From assembly GCA_051362555.1 (NCBI GenBank), contig CM120642.1, forward strand, positions 30,876,001 through 30,940,000: 64,000 nt of DNA, in the 5' to 3' direction. This DNA is from Lingula anatina (taxonomy: Eukaryota > Animalia > Brachiopoda). Position numbers and translations under genes: made by a program. The notes beneath the pieces were generated by a model. It made no database searches. It saw only the letters and a program-made list of their open reading frames with translations, and had not been told where the DNA came from. Shown one piece after another: positions 36,008-50,600 of this stretch (positions are counted from its first letter, which is position 1; each line of letters opens with the position of its first letter).

Positions 36008-39000
36008 CAAGGAGTTATAACAGAAGGAGATTACACGCGTGGGGGCGGAGCCCGTATTACGGTCTCTCATTGGTCGGAATGAATAGAACCCAGAGAACAA
36101 TGGGTTCCTATCTCTGTTACGCTTTCTGTTACTCTCGTTTAAATCTCGTTTGTCAGAATAGGTGCCTTCGTCTGTCGTTTGGAGAGGATACAAACAGAAA
36201 CGCAGTCAAATGTTTCTTAAAGTGAGAGAATTACAGAGTGCAGAGGATATAACGTTGGATAAGGTTATCAAAAAACAGGTAAGTGCTTTTAAATGCATAA
36301 CTACAAGAAATATGAAGATAAATTGCAACTTTTATGCCGTGGGGTCTCACTGTGTAAGTGTCCAGCTCCACGTCGATCTCGCGAGGTGGTGTGTGGAGAA
36401 TAAATATTGCACGAAAAATATTTCCCACTCATAACAAGTGCTTATAAATATAGTATCAGATGAAGAAAGTTTGGTCTTTATACAGTTGCAATTGTTTAGT
36501 TATTTGTGGCAATAGCATAGAATAAAACTTAGGTGCACTTTCAGTAGCCTAATAACAAGCAGATGCATAAGCCGCCATCTTGTTTATGTTTCGAAAAAAA
36601 AAAAAAACTCCAAAAGACATTTTCCTCCTACTTTTTGATACTTGTATCACATGAGTCATAAAATTTAACTAATTGGTGTGTGTACAATACATTTTCTTGA
36701 GCAGTATTGTTGGTTTTTACGATTTTACATGTGGTCTAGCTTGAATACGACAAGGGTCAATTTTCATGAGTCCAGATCAAAAAGTGTTACGCTTGTTACG
36801 GCCAAAAGCCTGAACGTTTTTTTTGCACTTTTCAAATGCGTGATTATAAAAGATTTTGGTGTGTTTAGATTCTTGAACATCTTGGTCGTGGCTTGGTATA
36901 TATTGCATGGGTATTGCTCCAATATTTCTAGAAAAAAATAACCTGTTTTGTTCAGAATACCCATTTTTTACTTTAGTGTTATGGGTAAATGTACCATTTT
37001 TGCCTTTACCTTTTTCGTGTTTAAAACTAAGAGGACTTATCATGACAGTTGGTCATAATTTTTCTTCTCACCATGGTAAGTGGCTTTGGAGTGGTAACTT
37101 TGTTGTTAAAGTAAGGTGCTCAGTTATTTTGACTGGAAAAGTTTTGCCTCCACACAGCATTTTCCATCATGGCGGTCGAACGGGAAGTTTGACTTCACAG
37201 TGTCTTTGGTATAGTTATTTTAAACTTATTTAGTCTTCTTTTTACATATATATGTTTTAATTCATATTAAACCTTTGAAAAAAGAACACACATGAATCCT
37301 GGTGCTTCTTAATTTAAAGTCTTAAGGTTTTAAGTTCTCCTAGGGTCTATTCTCACAACTTTAGATCGATCTATCACCGCGGGGAGTCTCACCAGACTAC
37401 CGTCAGATAATCCCCCTTAAGTGTCCGTCCCCGCCCACTACAAGCCGTAAGGGGCAATTAACTTTCGTGTCCGCCCGGCTGACAGCTATTCAGCGCGAAC
37501 CCCCAGGGAGTTAGGTCGATCCAAAGTAGGTCGATCCAATCTATGGAAATGGGGTGTTAGGCTCCACCAATTACTTTACCTGTTAGCTCACTACACATCT
37601 CCCTTTGAGCCAAGGTGTGTAAGACACACCTTATTGTGTAAGACACCTCTAATTAAGGGGTACTTGCTTCTCTACTTTAATTATACTTCACTACTTTGGC
37701 ATGTTAGGTGGCAAGCTTGGATGTTTCAGTTCATTTTAAGAAAAAAGCTTTGCCTCGGTGGTTACAAAAGAATAGAACCCTATCAGTGTTTTATTTACCT
37801 CTGCGTCATGCGTAAAAAACGCATGAATCCTAAAATTGACGCAAAAAAATATGATCTAGTGCGTCATTTGACCCTAATGTATGACAGCCACAACTAATTA
37901 CTTTCAAAATTGTTGTAATATTGCCGATTAAAAACCTACATGTACTAGTAGGCCTATTTCCGATCGTTGTTGTGTTGCAAAAAAGTATGTCAACTTGCCA
38001 CCGATAGTACACTACTAGTACAATGCTGCTATAGGCACAATACGGGTTTTTTAATTCAATTTAAATATTTTATTGTGTTTTAAGATCCAAATGTAATTGG
38101 TTTGACATAAAAAACAGTTTAGTCCGCAAACTGGTGACAGAGATTACTCTAAATGGTTAAAATATGTTACACTACGTGTATAAAATCACAGGTGAAATGT
38201 CTAGTATTGTGTTTTTATGTTTAATAGTCAAAACATAATTTTTCCAGATTGGAATATAATTTGTTATTGCCATAGTAATTATCTATTGAAATTCCTTGTC
38301 TTCATTTATCTACTTTTTTGTGTTTGACAATCTTATTCCCTCCTATATAAATTGTTTTCCATTTATGTCCATATAATTTTTGAAAATTTTTTTACATACT
38401 AGTCAACACAAAGTTTATCCATATCAATTTTAATTTATTGTTTATCTTGGTGATTTTTTGTTCATATATCTACCTTTAGGTTTAATCATGTTAGTAAGCC
38501 TTTGTTTTAACGGTTTTTGTTAGAAAAAACAAATCAAAATGCATACTTTTGTCCATATCATTTTGAAGTTGTATGACTATTAGTGTGTTTGTTGTCATAT
38601 GTTGAATACACTTATACAAAAGCTGTTTTTTTTTTTTTTTTGTATTCTTCAGTTCCTGTAGATAGAATTCTATACTTTTAGTCTGGGATATAACAATTAC
38701 AAATAAACAACCTCAATTCATATACAATCTGTTTACATAATATATGGTTGTACGCATCATTACTAGTTAAAATTACCCATTCCAAAAAGGCGGGAAAATT
38801 TTGACTCCTGAAAATAAAAAATGACTCGTAATCTGCAGTGTCAGCGAGTCATCTGACTCTCTAGTTCCAAATTGTAAATAAAACACTGCCTATTAAGGTT
38901 TATTCATTACTTGAAAGTAAATATTTCATCTTGCAGTGTTGAAACAGAAATTCTCTCAAAATTGATAATGAATTTTACATGCATATCTTAACACTACTCA

Positions 39001-41179
39001 AGTTTTTTTTTCTTCTATTATAGATATGGGAGAAGGCTGCATTGAATATATGAATTATGGTCAGGCTGGAAAAAATTTTAAAATGTCAATGAAAAAAGGA
39101 GGTCAGCGTGTCTGGGGTAAGTTACTTTTGTCATAATGCCTAAGATGCATTAAACATTCACTAACAACAGTACCCTTTTAAATTTTTTTTCAAAATACAA
39201 CAACCTTGGGCATTTTCCTTTTAGCATCCAGCCTCTCTGAAATCCCCTTATTGTCCTTATTGAAGAGTAGGAACCAGGGCGGATTTAAATAATTTCTTGT
39301 AATATGTACAATTTCTTTCAATTTCTTGGGGTTATTAGCTTGTGATCATGAATCTTGATATTCTACATAAATTTAGTTGTAAATTGTTCATTTATGTGGT
39401 GAACATTATTTCAGTCAAGTCATAACAAGACACATTAAACTTCACTGCGTAATTCCATAATGTCTACATGGATACTAGTAGTTCATAATGCTATTATTAT
39501 GTTTTTTTTCTAACCTACAGGTTTCTCTCTTTTCTGAGTGGCATGGCATTGGCAGGCAGAAGAAAAGGCCCTGAAGAAATTCTCCCTTGAGTTGTCCTTT
39601 TTGGAGAAGAAACTGGATAAGACTGGCCAACAGAGATTGCATTAAATTAATAGTGCACCTTCATGACATTTTAAAATATTTTCAGTCACCTAACTGACTC
39701 TATACATTTCAAAAGTTGACATAAATTTTATGTTACTGTCACGTGGAAAAAAATTCAAAACCTATATATAATTTGTTGAGTGCCATGGTATAACAGTCTA
39801 CTTGATTGCCAGTAAAATTTGAACTGTTTCAGTGAAATTTCTTTAAAGCAGTCACTTACTGGCCCAGTTAATTTTTTCAGCTGTAACATGTACTCCAGTT
39901 TATTTTATAAATGTTCTTACTAAGTGTTGTCTTGATTTATAATAACCTTTTGAAAATCCCATTTTTTTTATCCTATTTGTAAGAATTAGCCACTTAATCT
40001 TCTAGGGTTTTTTTTTTCATTCAGCCCATTAGATTCTCAGACCTTGCTGGCCTGTGAGTGGAATAGTATCTGGCACAGACTGGTATCAGCAAGTCAGATA
40101 AAAAAGAATATAATTATTTCTATTTGCACGGTTGAAAAAAATTCCAACACAGACTGCATAAAACTTGGAAAACTATAGCAACTTAATCATTCTTATGACT
40201 TCATTAATTACTGCTTATGTGTAAAATTTTGTTTTTGTTCTTCTATTGATATAATAAAATGGTTTTACTCACAGATGCTACTATCATGATGCTTGAGTAT
40301 AGAGTTGACTTAAAATATATTTTAACTTAATATAGTAAATAATAGTTTGAAATTCAAAATTCTCATCTTTATTTGTTTCACTTTAAAGAGCTCAGTTAAT
40401 ACTAAAATTTCTGATATATTTTGTACATAAATATATTTATGAATGAATAAAAATTATTCTTAATGTTTAGCACTGTGCACTTGTTTACCGACAAATAAGA
40501 AGTGTTTTATGTGTCAAAATAATCCTGAAAATAAAAAGGGAGATTTCCAAGATAAAGAAATTTATAACGAGTATTTAGTAAACTGACATGTCGTGGCATT
40601 GCCTCAACCTTTGATTAAAATTTCACTTTAATGCATTATGATATTAAAATTATACCGAGTGAGAGAAAAAATACTTAAAGGAATTTAAAACCAGTCACAA
40701 AGCTTAGGCACTGTCTCAATGTATATGTTTATGGGATCAAAGGGCAGGGGGTCCAAACGTTTATGTATTAATATTATGCCCTTTGGCAGTGAGGACAGAC
40801 GTTCACTTGAATGTCATTTTCACAAACCACAGTTGGGACGTTTTCTTTTGACTTATCTTGGTGATTTTTCACTGTGTTGTGCAAAAGAAAAGCCATCTAT
40901 CACCGACTAAAAAAACTCATGGCGACCATCCTCAGTCACCACCTTATAATCGCTTTCTATGATATCGTTCCCTCCCAGCACATTCGTCCAAATAACTACC
41001 TGTGAAAAAAATCGTCAGCATACAGCGCCGCTTTGACACTACTGATCTCGAATTCTTACGCGAAGTAACGCAAATAAAATCAATCTCCAAGCGGAGGAGA
41101 GCGACCCAGACGACAGGAGGCCCTAGCTCCGCCCACTGTAACAGGCTTGTGTGTAATCTCCTTTTGTTATAACTCCTTG
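36008..41179. mobile_element. 5.17-kb non-autonomous TIR DNA transposon, P-element-like
   Basis: About 30-bp TIRs CAAGGAGTTATAACAGAAGGAGATTACAC / GTGTAATCTCCTTTTGTTATAACTCCTTG plus a subterminal inverted GGGCGGAGC. Perfect 7-bp TSD GTGTAGG (36001-36007, 41180-41186). CANRG termini with a 7-8 bp TSD fit the P superfamily. No intact transposase. Confidence 0.8.
37341..37560. mobile_element. Diverged MITE nested in the P-like element, related to the Harbinger-like hairpin family
   Basis: Contains AGATCGATC...CCGCGGGGAGTCTC and GGTCGATCCAA blocks resembling 27477-27727. Confidence 0.45.
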
Positions 41180-42047
41180 GTGTAGGTATGTGTATATGTT
41201 TGTGTATTCGTTCTTCTTTACTTTTCTCTCTTCTGTGTTTGTGTGTGATTTTTTAAAAAAGAATATAAATGATAAAACCCTTTTATTCGTTACATTTGCC
41301 GTCTCTTCCCGGCGAAACTGCACAAGTCTTGCAACCACGCTATTGCATAATAATAATAATACTTTCCGATAAATAGTCCTTTTATACATCGAGGAATTAG
41401 GCATTTATTTGGAAACCAAACAGCCGTGAAAACTCAAATATGCTCTCCTCGTCTCTTAATTTAGAAAATTAAATCAATAGTATGTATTTATATGCAAGGC
41501 GCTCCAGCAGAAAGAAAAACATTATGCGCAGTAATTTACCACAGGTGAAGGACTTCTTTCATATCAAAAGACACCAAACGTTTTCGGTAGTGTTAGGGCA
41601 CCTGTCAACCGATCTGTCATCATGAGGGGAAACCCACCCAGCTATGGACCTAGTTGTGGAATTTATCGGTGGGTGTGCGGAACAACGGTAATGTTGGAGG
41701 TGAAAGGCGTTAAATGTGTCAAATCCGTGTGGAGACTGTGATAATGATCATAATCGCGTGTGGTTGTTAGGTAGGCCCGAAGTTTATTCCGGAAAAGTCG
41801 CAAATGAAAAAATCTGACAGATATTGAAAATTGAACCTACTAGAATAAGTTTATAATATGTATAAATTGATTGATCATAACTTTAACTTTTAAATCGACT
41901 GAAAAAGTGTCCACATTCAGCCATAAAAATGACTTTAAACAACAATCAAAACACGCAGTGAACAGAACGGCGGTTTGAACACGTCGTAGTCTACGCCACT
42001 GCGTTCATACAATATTAGGCCAGTGAGAGCTAGGGCAAATAACCGGC

Positions 42048-42664
42048 CAGCGTTTGACACTCGCACTCGCCAGCTCGCCAATGCGAGTTAAAATTAAATC
42101 TGGCGAGTGAAAATTATGGTGCAAGTCGCCATTTTGGCGATTTATGTCAACTTACTGTGTTAAGTTTATCGGCAAAATTTAGACTCAATTTAAGTCCGAC
42201 TCGTATGCCAAAATTTACAGGGAAGTTCATGGGATTACCCTTACTGCTAACCTCGTTTTCACTCTCATAATCGTGATTGCTTGAAGTTGGGGAATTCCGT
42301 AATGACGTATTCACAGTCTCGCTGTCGTTTTTGAAAGCATCTAGCTTTCGTTTGCGCGCCGGGTTTTGACGAAGTATAGGAAATGCTGTCTGTTTCGTTT
42401 CACTTATATATTACGTCTTGCGATTTTGCGCAGTTGACGCTTCCGGGAGAAAACGTGATGCACGTGGATCATCAAGCTGCATGGAGAAGTTTTTAAACAA
42501 TTCAAAACGCCAAGTAGAAGAGACTGAGAGTGAGAGCGTCGCAGAATCGGCTTCAACTTGAAGTGGTAAGTAAACAAAATCAAAGCAGAAACGAACTAAT
42601 AATCTGAGCTCTTTAACCCAACGCATGTTTTTGACGTTTTCTGATTTTTTTTCCTGAGCGGAAC

Positions 42665-42695
<31 letters not shown>

Positions 42696-44058
42696 AGGGG
42701 GTTAAATGCGTGCGACGTGCAACGTGTGTAGGGTACGAGAACTTGAATTACCTAGCGCACGCTATTACAGTACAGTGCAATACTATACAAATAATACAAA
42801 ATAATGAATTTTATTTCAACTCGGATACAATTGAATCTTTTAACAATCTCGTTAGGTTTTCAGCAGTTCACCGACTGCATCTCCGTCAGTGCGACTTACG
42901 GAGTTCACCCTGAATATCACAAGTTCTCTAATAATGATAGCAGGGGCGGATCCAGATATATTTTCTGACAGTCTTCCAAATTATCTTTGTTGATCCATTC
43001 TCCATTTTTGACCATCTTCCGACAGAAAACAGATGCCCGGCAATGTAAACTTGAAAATCTGACCGTCTTCCGGAAGACCCAGAAGACGCCCTAAATCCGC
43101 CCCTGCTATGATAGTGCTTAATTTAACCTCATTTTAATATTTATTTTGAAACGAGTATTTCTATATATATATTTATTAAGACCCCATATCTGTATGGTCT
43201 ACTTGTTTGTCCCAATTGTTGATTTTAACGTTGTTAAATGTTTAGCTCTTTATCACATGTACCAGTAATTGATTATGTCTGACTCAATGATTGTGTTGGC
43301 AGTCTTTAATAAACTTGACACTTAAAAATTGCAGGTACCAAACCAAAAACACCAAGAATTGTAAAAAGGGATGCAGTGACAGTGATGTGGGGTTTGATGA
43401 CTGTTATAGTGATTCAGATGAAGACAATGAAATGACTGAGAAGGATGTGGAGCAGTTTTTAAGACAAAATTGATCTTTATACTGACTTTTATCTCTTCAT
43501 CGGTATCAGGACAATTTCACCCCGGCCGATTCCCCCAAAAAATATATATATTTATGTACAAATATATAGTAAAGAGCATGAAGCTTAAATCCTTGCATCT
43601 ATTGTATGAATATTTCTTGGTGTGATGATGCAACTTAAAGATACAAAATATAAATTTCATTAAACAAATTATGTTCACGGAGTACAAGTTCAGAAAACTT
43701 TAGAAATATAAGTACAGAAAATTTTATTAAAAATCTAATTAAAGTATCTCTAGGTAAAGTGGGGTAAATAAATATGAATATTTATGTTAAATTTAGATTA
43801 GAATGTGCAAAATCTGTAGACTAAAGAATAAACACAGTTCTAGGTTTAAAAAAGGTTTTTAATTTTTTTTCTTTATTTGCATATGATAACATCTCCATCA
43901 TGAGTCATTACCACATGGCCTGCACTTTGAATATTTGGCCAGTAACTTCGTAATAAAGCTGGCCAAAGTCTGGCTTGTGCATTTTCGGTTTGTCCAGTAA
44001 CTTTCAGAGCACACTGTCCAAATTGGCCTGTACTATTTCAAACAAAGGTCAAACACTG
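42048..44058 (+). mobile_element. 2-kb internally deleted hAT-like DNA transposon
   Basis: 11-bp TIR CAGCGTTTGAC / GTCAAACACTG; clustered subterminal motifs (CTCGCCA/TGGCGA left, GGCCAGTAACT-like right). Relict exon-like pieces MEKFLNNSKRQVEETESE (42481, followed by gtaagt) and acidic DSDEDNEMTEKDVEQFL* (to 43473). TSD unclear. Confidence 0.55.
42941..43105. mobile_element. MITE nested in the hAT-like element
   Basis: TIR CAGGGGCGGAT / ATCCGCCCCTG; ATGATAG on both sides. Confidence 0.75.
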
Positions 44059-46320
44059 TCGGCCAAGCGTCTCCTTTTGCCTTTGTCCATTGTTTGGTAA
44101 GCTTCGCTATATAAACCGTCGCTGTTAGCTAGTCATAGGGTTTTATATAGGCCACAGTAGCACGTTTCAAGTTGAGCATGTATAGAAAGATTTGCCTATG
44201 TCGCCTCGACTCGGATCAATACTAGCTTATGTTAAACGTTTCTCGATAAAGGTGAGTGATGATAGTTTCCAAAATTAAAAGTAATAGGGTGTGTCTGTAA
44301 AAGAAATACATTAAATGAGCGCAAAGACGACACACAAGAGTGAGAGGCTGATGACTGTTACTGAAATTGTTACAGCTGCTTATCATAAAAAGTTTCCCCT
44401 TCAAATGCCCCGAAGATTTGTAAAGATTTAGGCCTATAGTTTTGAATAGTTGTTGGCATAAGCTTTTCAATCGATCATGTGTGCATATTTAATATACCTC
44501 TACATAACCTGTATCAACCACGGTTAAATCAAGCCCTACAGTTGACATTTTACTAAATCGACGATGGTCATTTTGATATAAGGTGGGGGCAAAGTTGATC
44601 ATCGAGACCAATATTGGTCCCGTCAAACATAGGGTGTCCAAGTCAAGGCATACAGCTACTTGTCTTGAAACTTCACTCTACGGTGGAAAACATGAGAGCA
44701 TTTTTGTTTTAAAAGAATGGGTTTGAATATTTGTATTTTCAACCATAGTATTCCATAATCAATGCGTGTAAAAAGATAGTTGGAGAGAGGCGAATTAAGT
44801 AGCCTACAGAGGAGAAGTAATATCTTTTACCTTATAGAAAGTATTTTGTGGTAGTAGAAGTAGTTGTTAACTGTCCAGCTCTCAGTCTTAAATGTTCTTA
44901 AAAATTCACATGCATATCTCAGGAGTGTGAGAAAATGTCAAGGCATTTGAAGAGGAATATGCAAAGGCCGGCTGAAACGCCTTTTGATAAAACTTAGTTA
45001 AACGTGAGTTGCCAGACAAGAGTTACGTGGTTCACCTTTAATTATTTAAACCCAGTGCTTTTAAGTTAATTGCCCACGTCTTTCATATGCAGCGTTATTT
45101 AAAATTACTTCACTGGGTGGGTTTCAAAAATGATTCCATATGAAAGAGACCTCGATATTTATATAGCTACACAAAAGGGGATCGATTAATCGCCTTAGTT
45201 GTACATATATGTACAGGCAATTAGGGCGTGTCCATTTGCTGGCCGTATCACATATCCAACGGCACCGTGCCCTGTCACAGCCACAACAAGTGTGTGGGAT
45301 TAAATGCGTTTGTTTATTAATTCATCCGCCTTTATTGTGCGTGTTTTTCACTTGAGAGTAGTGATATTTTATGAAAGCCAAAATGACAAGCAAGATTTGC
45401 AAGGGCTGTCGGAATCATTGTAATACTAGATACTGTTCTTTATCATGCTAATACAGTGTGTACCAGCATCACAGAGAAATATATTTCACCAGATATTTTC
45501 ACAGATATTTGTCAAGCTGTGCACATTTCTATTCTGTGACCCTGCCCAAGAAGTCATTATAACTTCTTGCCTTGCAAATGATGAAGACATAGGTCTTTAG
45601 TTATAGGGTTGGCCACTGTTACATAACCACATTAGACACTGACGTCTGTTGGTATTGTCCCACTGTTGTCTTGACCCCCTTGCTTGCCCAGCTGTGCCAG
45701 ACAATACAGAGCCTTGGTGATGAAACACAATACTGATTCAGAATGAGGTTAACTGAGGGAATCCCTTGCAGTACAGTAATGAAATGTGTGGAACATTTCA
45801 TTTTATAGAATACAACGTAAATAATTAGGACTGAGATAATTAGGAATTTAATTCTAGTACTGGATCTTGCATTGAAATGGAGATCGCGACGTTACGGCCT
45901 TATATCGCAAGGTCTTCTTCGAACTGATTTTGAATTATCACCGGTGGCTCGTGGTGGCGTTCTGCCCTAGGAAAAGTTGGAATTATGGTATATATTAAAG
46001 ATACTTAAGATAGCTTTACCTTCTAAGTTATGAATATGCCTCCTTATTCATTTCAGATCCAGACTACTACATGTATCTATATGAAGTAGAAGAACATCCA
46101 AGTGAAATGAGATAAACTGTTGCATTTTAAAAACAGAGAACGAGAATACGACGGAAATCAAAGGGACGGAAAACTTATCATCAGCAGACATGACATTAAT
46201 TTTTTTTGTAAATGGAGTTAACTAATTTTTCCCCTAATTAGTCAGAGACATTTTACGATCTGGGTCTATGCAAGTGGGATATCGCACACTGCGGACAGTT
46301 AGCACCAATCGCGGGAGAAT

Positions 46321-47615
46321 ATGGCGACGCGACCACCGCGGATTCATGTAGACCAGCGAAAATGTCTGAGATACTTGATTGTTTCGGTTTCTATACTTTT
46401 GCTGTCTCAATTTACAGTAAGTCTCTATTTCACATACGTGAAATCATCGACAGTGACATTTAAAAGGAATTTTGACCCAACATCAAGTGATACACCCTTT
46501 GGCATAGTAGGACGATTACTGGTATCTTCTCCTCTTCCATCATCATCTTCATCATCATCATCATCATCACCATTAGCGTCCACCAGTGCCTCTGTATTAA
46601 CATCCGCCTTGCCATCATCAACATCAACTTCAATACCTTCACCAACAACATCACCGCAATCAATTAAGTCAACTACACCGTTAACCACGACATCAAAACC
46701 TCCTGACGCTAAATTGAAGACAGTTAAACCAACTGGAATATCATCATCCACGGCCGGGACAAACTTTACCACGACAGAAGGGCCAAGCACCAGTTGGGAC
46801 GGAAGGTGTGGGGAGTTGCCTGCAGGACTCGGTGAGTGTTCTCTTTAAGGGACCATCAATGCAATGCAATAGAATGTCAATGCAACTGTCGATCTACTTA
46901 AGTCGACCAACATCAAGGGGACTTTCGCTGAATGAAATCAGATTAAAGTATCAGCACGCATCCTCATGCCGTTGAGTAGAATGGAAACAAGATGAGGGGT
47001 CCTAATCTGGTAATCTGTTTGCATTCAGTGAGAGTCCCGCTGAGTCAATCTACGTAAATCGATAGTTTTATTGAGTATGAGCCCTTGAAGTTTCTATATT
47101 ATATCTATATTATGTACTAAAAAAGAACATACATGTATAGCGTACACAAAAGAAAAATACGCCAAAACTCATGAATGAAACACTAAGAAAATAAATTGTA
47201 TGATTTGATTGTCATTACATCTTAATGATGCTATACTTACCAACAGATGTAAACATTGAAACCAACAATATATGTCAGCTAGAAAAAATAATACATTTTC
47301 TCACCTGTAGAGGGACGCAGGGTGGTCAACATGATGCCGCCATCTTGGGAAGACCTGCACCAAAAATTCAGTGGTAGCGGCATTCTTCCTGGCGGACGCT
47401 GGAAGCCTAAAGACTGCGTTCCACGGACCCATGTGGCAATAATTATTCCGTTCAGAGAGCGCTACGAACAGTTACGGGTATTTCTTAACAACATGCATCC
47501 ACTTCTCCAGAAACAACAGTTGAATTACGGAATATATATAATTGATCAGGTTGGTCCGGTAGCTTCTTCTTTTTTTTTTTTTTTTTGTTTAAATCAATGT
47601 TTATCTTTCATTCTT

Positions 47616-47651
<36 letters not shown>

Positions 47652-50600
47652 TCCCGAATGCACCTTTAAAATAACTTTTATAAATTGGTCTTGAAAACAT
47701 CACTACATTTTTTAGTAATCACATTATTATATAGAAATAGTGTATTTGCCTTTTTGGTGAAATAAAAGTGAAAGGTGAAGAGGACGTATCCCCGAGTCTA
47801 GACCAAATATTATTATCATTTTATTGCTTCGTACTAAAAATGCCTTTCGAGTTTGCAAACTTGATTTTGTACTGAGGGATATCAGTTAAATTGGCATGTT
47901 AATCTCAGAGTACTTTTTCTTTTAAATGTGACCGATAAGACGACACTTGGAAAAGGTAAAAGCCATCATTTTACAAATGTGAGAAAACTACGATGTGAAT
48001 GAAAAAAATCGCTTTATCTTTGACTCCAGTTTTTAGGCTAAACTCTGAAAGTTTATTTCTTTTCACTTTCAGCGTGTTGGGTTCCACTTTAACCGTGCAA
48101 TGTTGATGAACGTAGGGTTTGTAGAGGCAGGAAAAATCGAGGATTACGACTGCTTTATTTTCCATGACGTAGACCTGATAGCGGAAAACGAGCTGAATAT
48201 GTATAGTTGCCCCGCAAAGCCGAGGCACATGTCTGTCCTTATTGACAAGTTTAACTACAAGTAAGAGACATATAACACATAAATAGGAAGAAGTCACGGG
48301 TGAATACAAATAAGTAAGAGGGAGGTGGGGATTTTTTCTATTCTCCAGCTTTTACATGAACAAGAACGTTTAAGCTTGGATTTTACATTTGATTCTAAGA
48401 AAAGGAAAGAGATATATTATTAGAAAACTATCGGCGTAGAATTCGGAACTCTGTCATTTGTCTTCTTCGATTATAATTCAGTTTGCTTTGTTTTCTTAAA
48501 AAGACGTTTTTGTCTCCATATTTCCAGACCTCAATACTCGTACATTTTTGGCGGTGTGACTGCGCTGACCAAAGAGCACATGCACAGGGTTAACGGCTAC
48601 CCTAACCTCTACTTCGGTTGGGGCGGCGAGGACGATGATATGTCTGCAAGGTATTGATAAGCAAAAGTTCTATTTTATTGCAGCATGCTATGGCTATACA
48701 GCAAGCAGCAATGAACGTTAAAAATTTTCTAATTACCATTTACTCGTCCCTGTCTCCATGCTTCTACAAGTAGTCACTCTGGAAAACGCAGTACTTGTTA
48801 ATTTTGATCATAGCCAAAATGCTTTCTTTTTCAAAAATTAATCTGAATAAATTAATGGAACGCATTGATTCCTTTTATATATGAAGTTATGTAGATCGAC
48901 TTTGTTACCTATGTCGCCTTTTTCAAGCAGTCATTCTTCAAAACGTGATATATATTTGTAGACCAAGCGGATGCTTTTTCCTAAAGTGAATTTGAATTAT
49001 TTAAAGGAATCAGTAGATTTATTTTATGCGGGACACGATACAGTACCACAGAGCATTACATCGTTTGCATTACCTAAACAGCTTCACGTTTAAGCAATAA
49101 TAAGTTATACTAATGAGGATACAATGACAGGCAAGATCCAGCGGGTTCGCTTTGTTTTTTGTACAGGCACGTAGTGCATATACACATATACCTGTATATG
49201 CATATACCTGTACATATCGCACATATCGTCACCACCTACCCTCTACCAGGGCGACAGATTGATTTTCTACAGATATTCACAGATTTGTCTCTAAATAAAT
49301 AGACAGTCATTTTGGCCTGATGTCGCTTCAGCCAAAAATGTTCACAATAATAACTGCGATCCTGGTAGAGGGTAGGCACCACCCGCGTCTATCGGCGCCG
49401 TCGCCGTGCACTTTCAGAGATTGATGGATGTTCTTTAAGTACAGGTCGAGTTCGAAAAAAGGCTAAGTCGGACCATTTTTCCAAAAATTATGCTGTTTAT
49501 TCTGTCAATACAAAAGAGACGATAAAAACACGCCTGAGGTGGGGGTAGTCTGAAACTGTTAATAATACATAACGATATAGTGCTTACATAATAGCTCATG
49601 CGCAGCTAGGAGTCTGTATTCAGTATTGAGTCCTTGGTGCAGCTTAGACCCGCCTCTTATTCAGCTAACACGTCGTTTTATACGTGACCAAGTTAACAAG
49701 TATATTGAGGGCAAGAAAGTCTTGTTGCCATACATCTCTCGTTAGTATTGAAGTAAGAACTACCAGTACTTGGGGTGAAAATTATGTGAAAACCCACACC
49801 TTGGCATGTATGACCCTAATCCCCCCCCCCTCCTCCTCAACACAGTTCCGGTTCCAGATCCCGTTTTATTTCCATTTTACTCTGTTCATGCTTTATCTGC
49901 TGTGTTTCTTAAATGGATAATTTTAAAGCTATGACCATATTGAACTTGTGCTGTTTATTTTAAGCTTCTTTATTTAGCTGTATTCATGCAATTGAATTGG
50001 GGCATAACTTTTATTACCGCAATAAGTATGAATATCATACACTTGAAAGAAATTAATCAATGTAGATCATTATGGTCTCAATATAATAGAATCGGTTCTT
50101 ATCAACGAAAATCTGTTTATTAATTTTTTTCTTCTTAATTTTCAAGTAAGATATGCCTACATTAATGCCTGTTGTTTTCTTCCAGAATACGAAGTAAAGG
50201 CGCACCAGGGTTAAGTAGAGTTCCCGGAGAGATAGGAAGATATAAAATGATCAAACACAAGCGAGAAAAAAGTAACCCTGTAAATCCCCTTCGGTAAGTG
50301 ATATATGCCATGTCTGCCAGTGGGAACCTCCTTTGTGCTCGACCGATACAGATATGTTTCCCTCCTCCAAGAGGAGGTTAGGCCCTATATGTTCTCACCC
50401 CCGTTTGTCTAAAGTCATGGATGAATTTCGATAAAATTTTCAGGATATCTAAGAAATGGTAAAAAAGATTTCCCATCCACCCTATTTGCACAGGGGTCGT
50501 TTGCGTATATTTATCATTATCTTTTCTGTCACGCGTGCGTCATTAGCTCTGCCCTTTTTTGCTTCTCCGCTCATTGCGATCGAACAACTAACACAATCAA

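Noticed and set aside
46425-46790. Asp-rich minus-strand ORF
   Set aside because: Antisense of the Ser/Thr stem of the glycosyltransferase.
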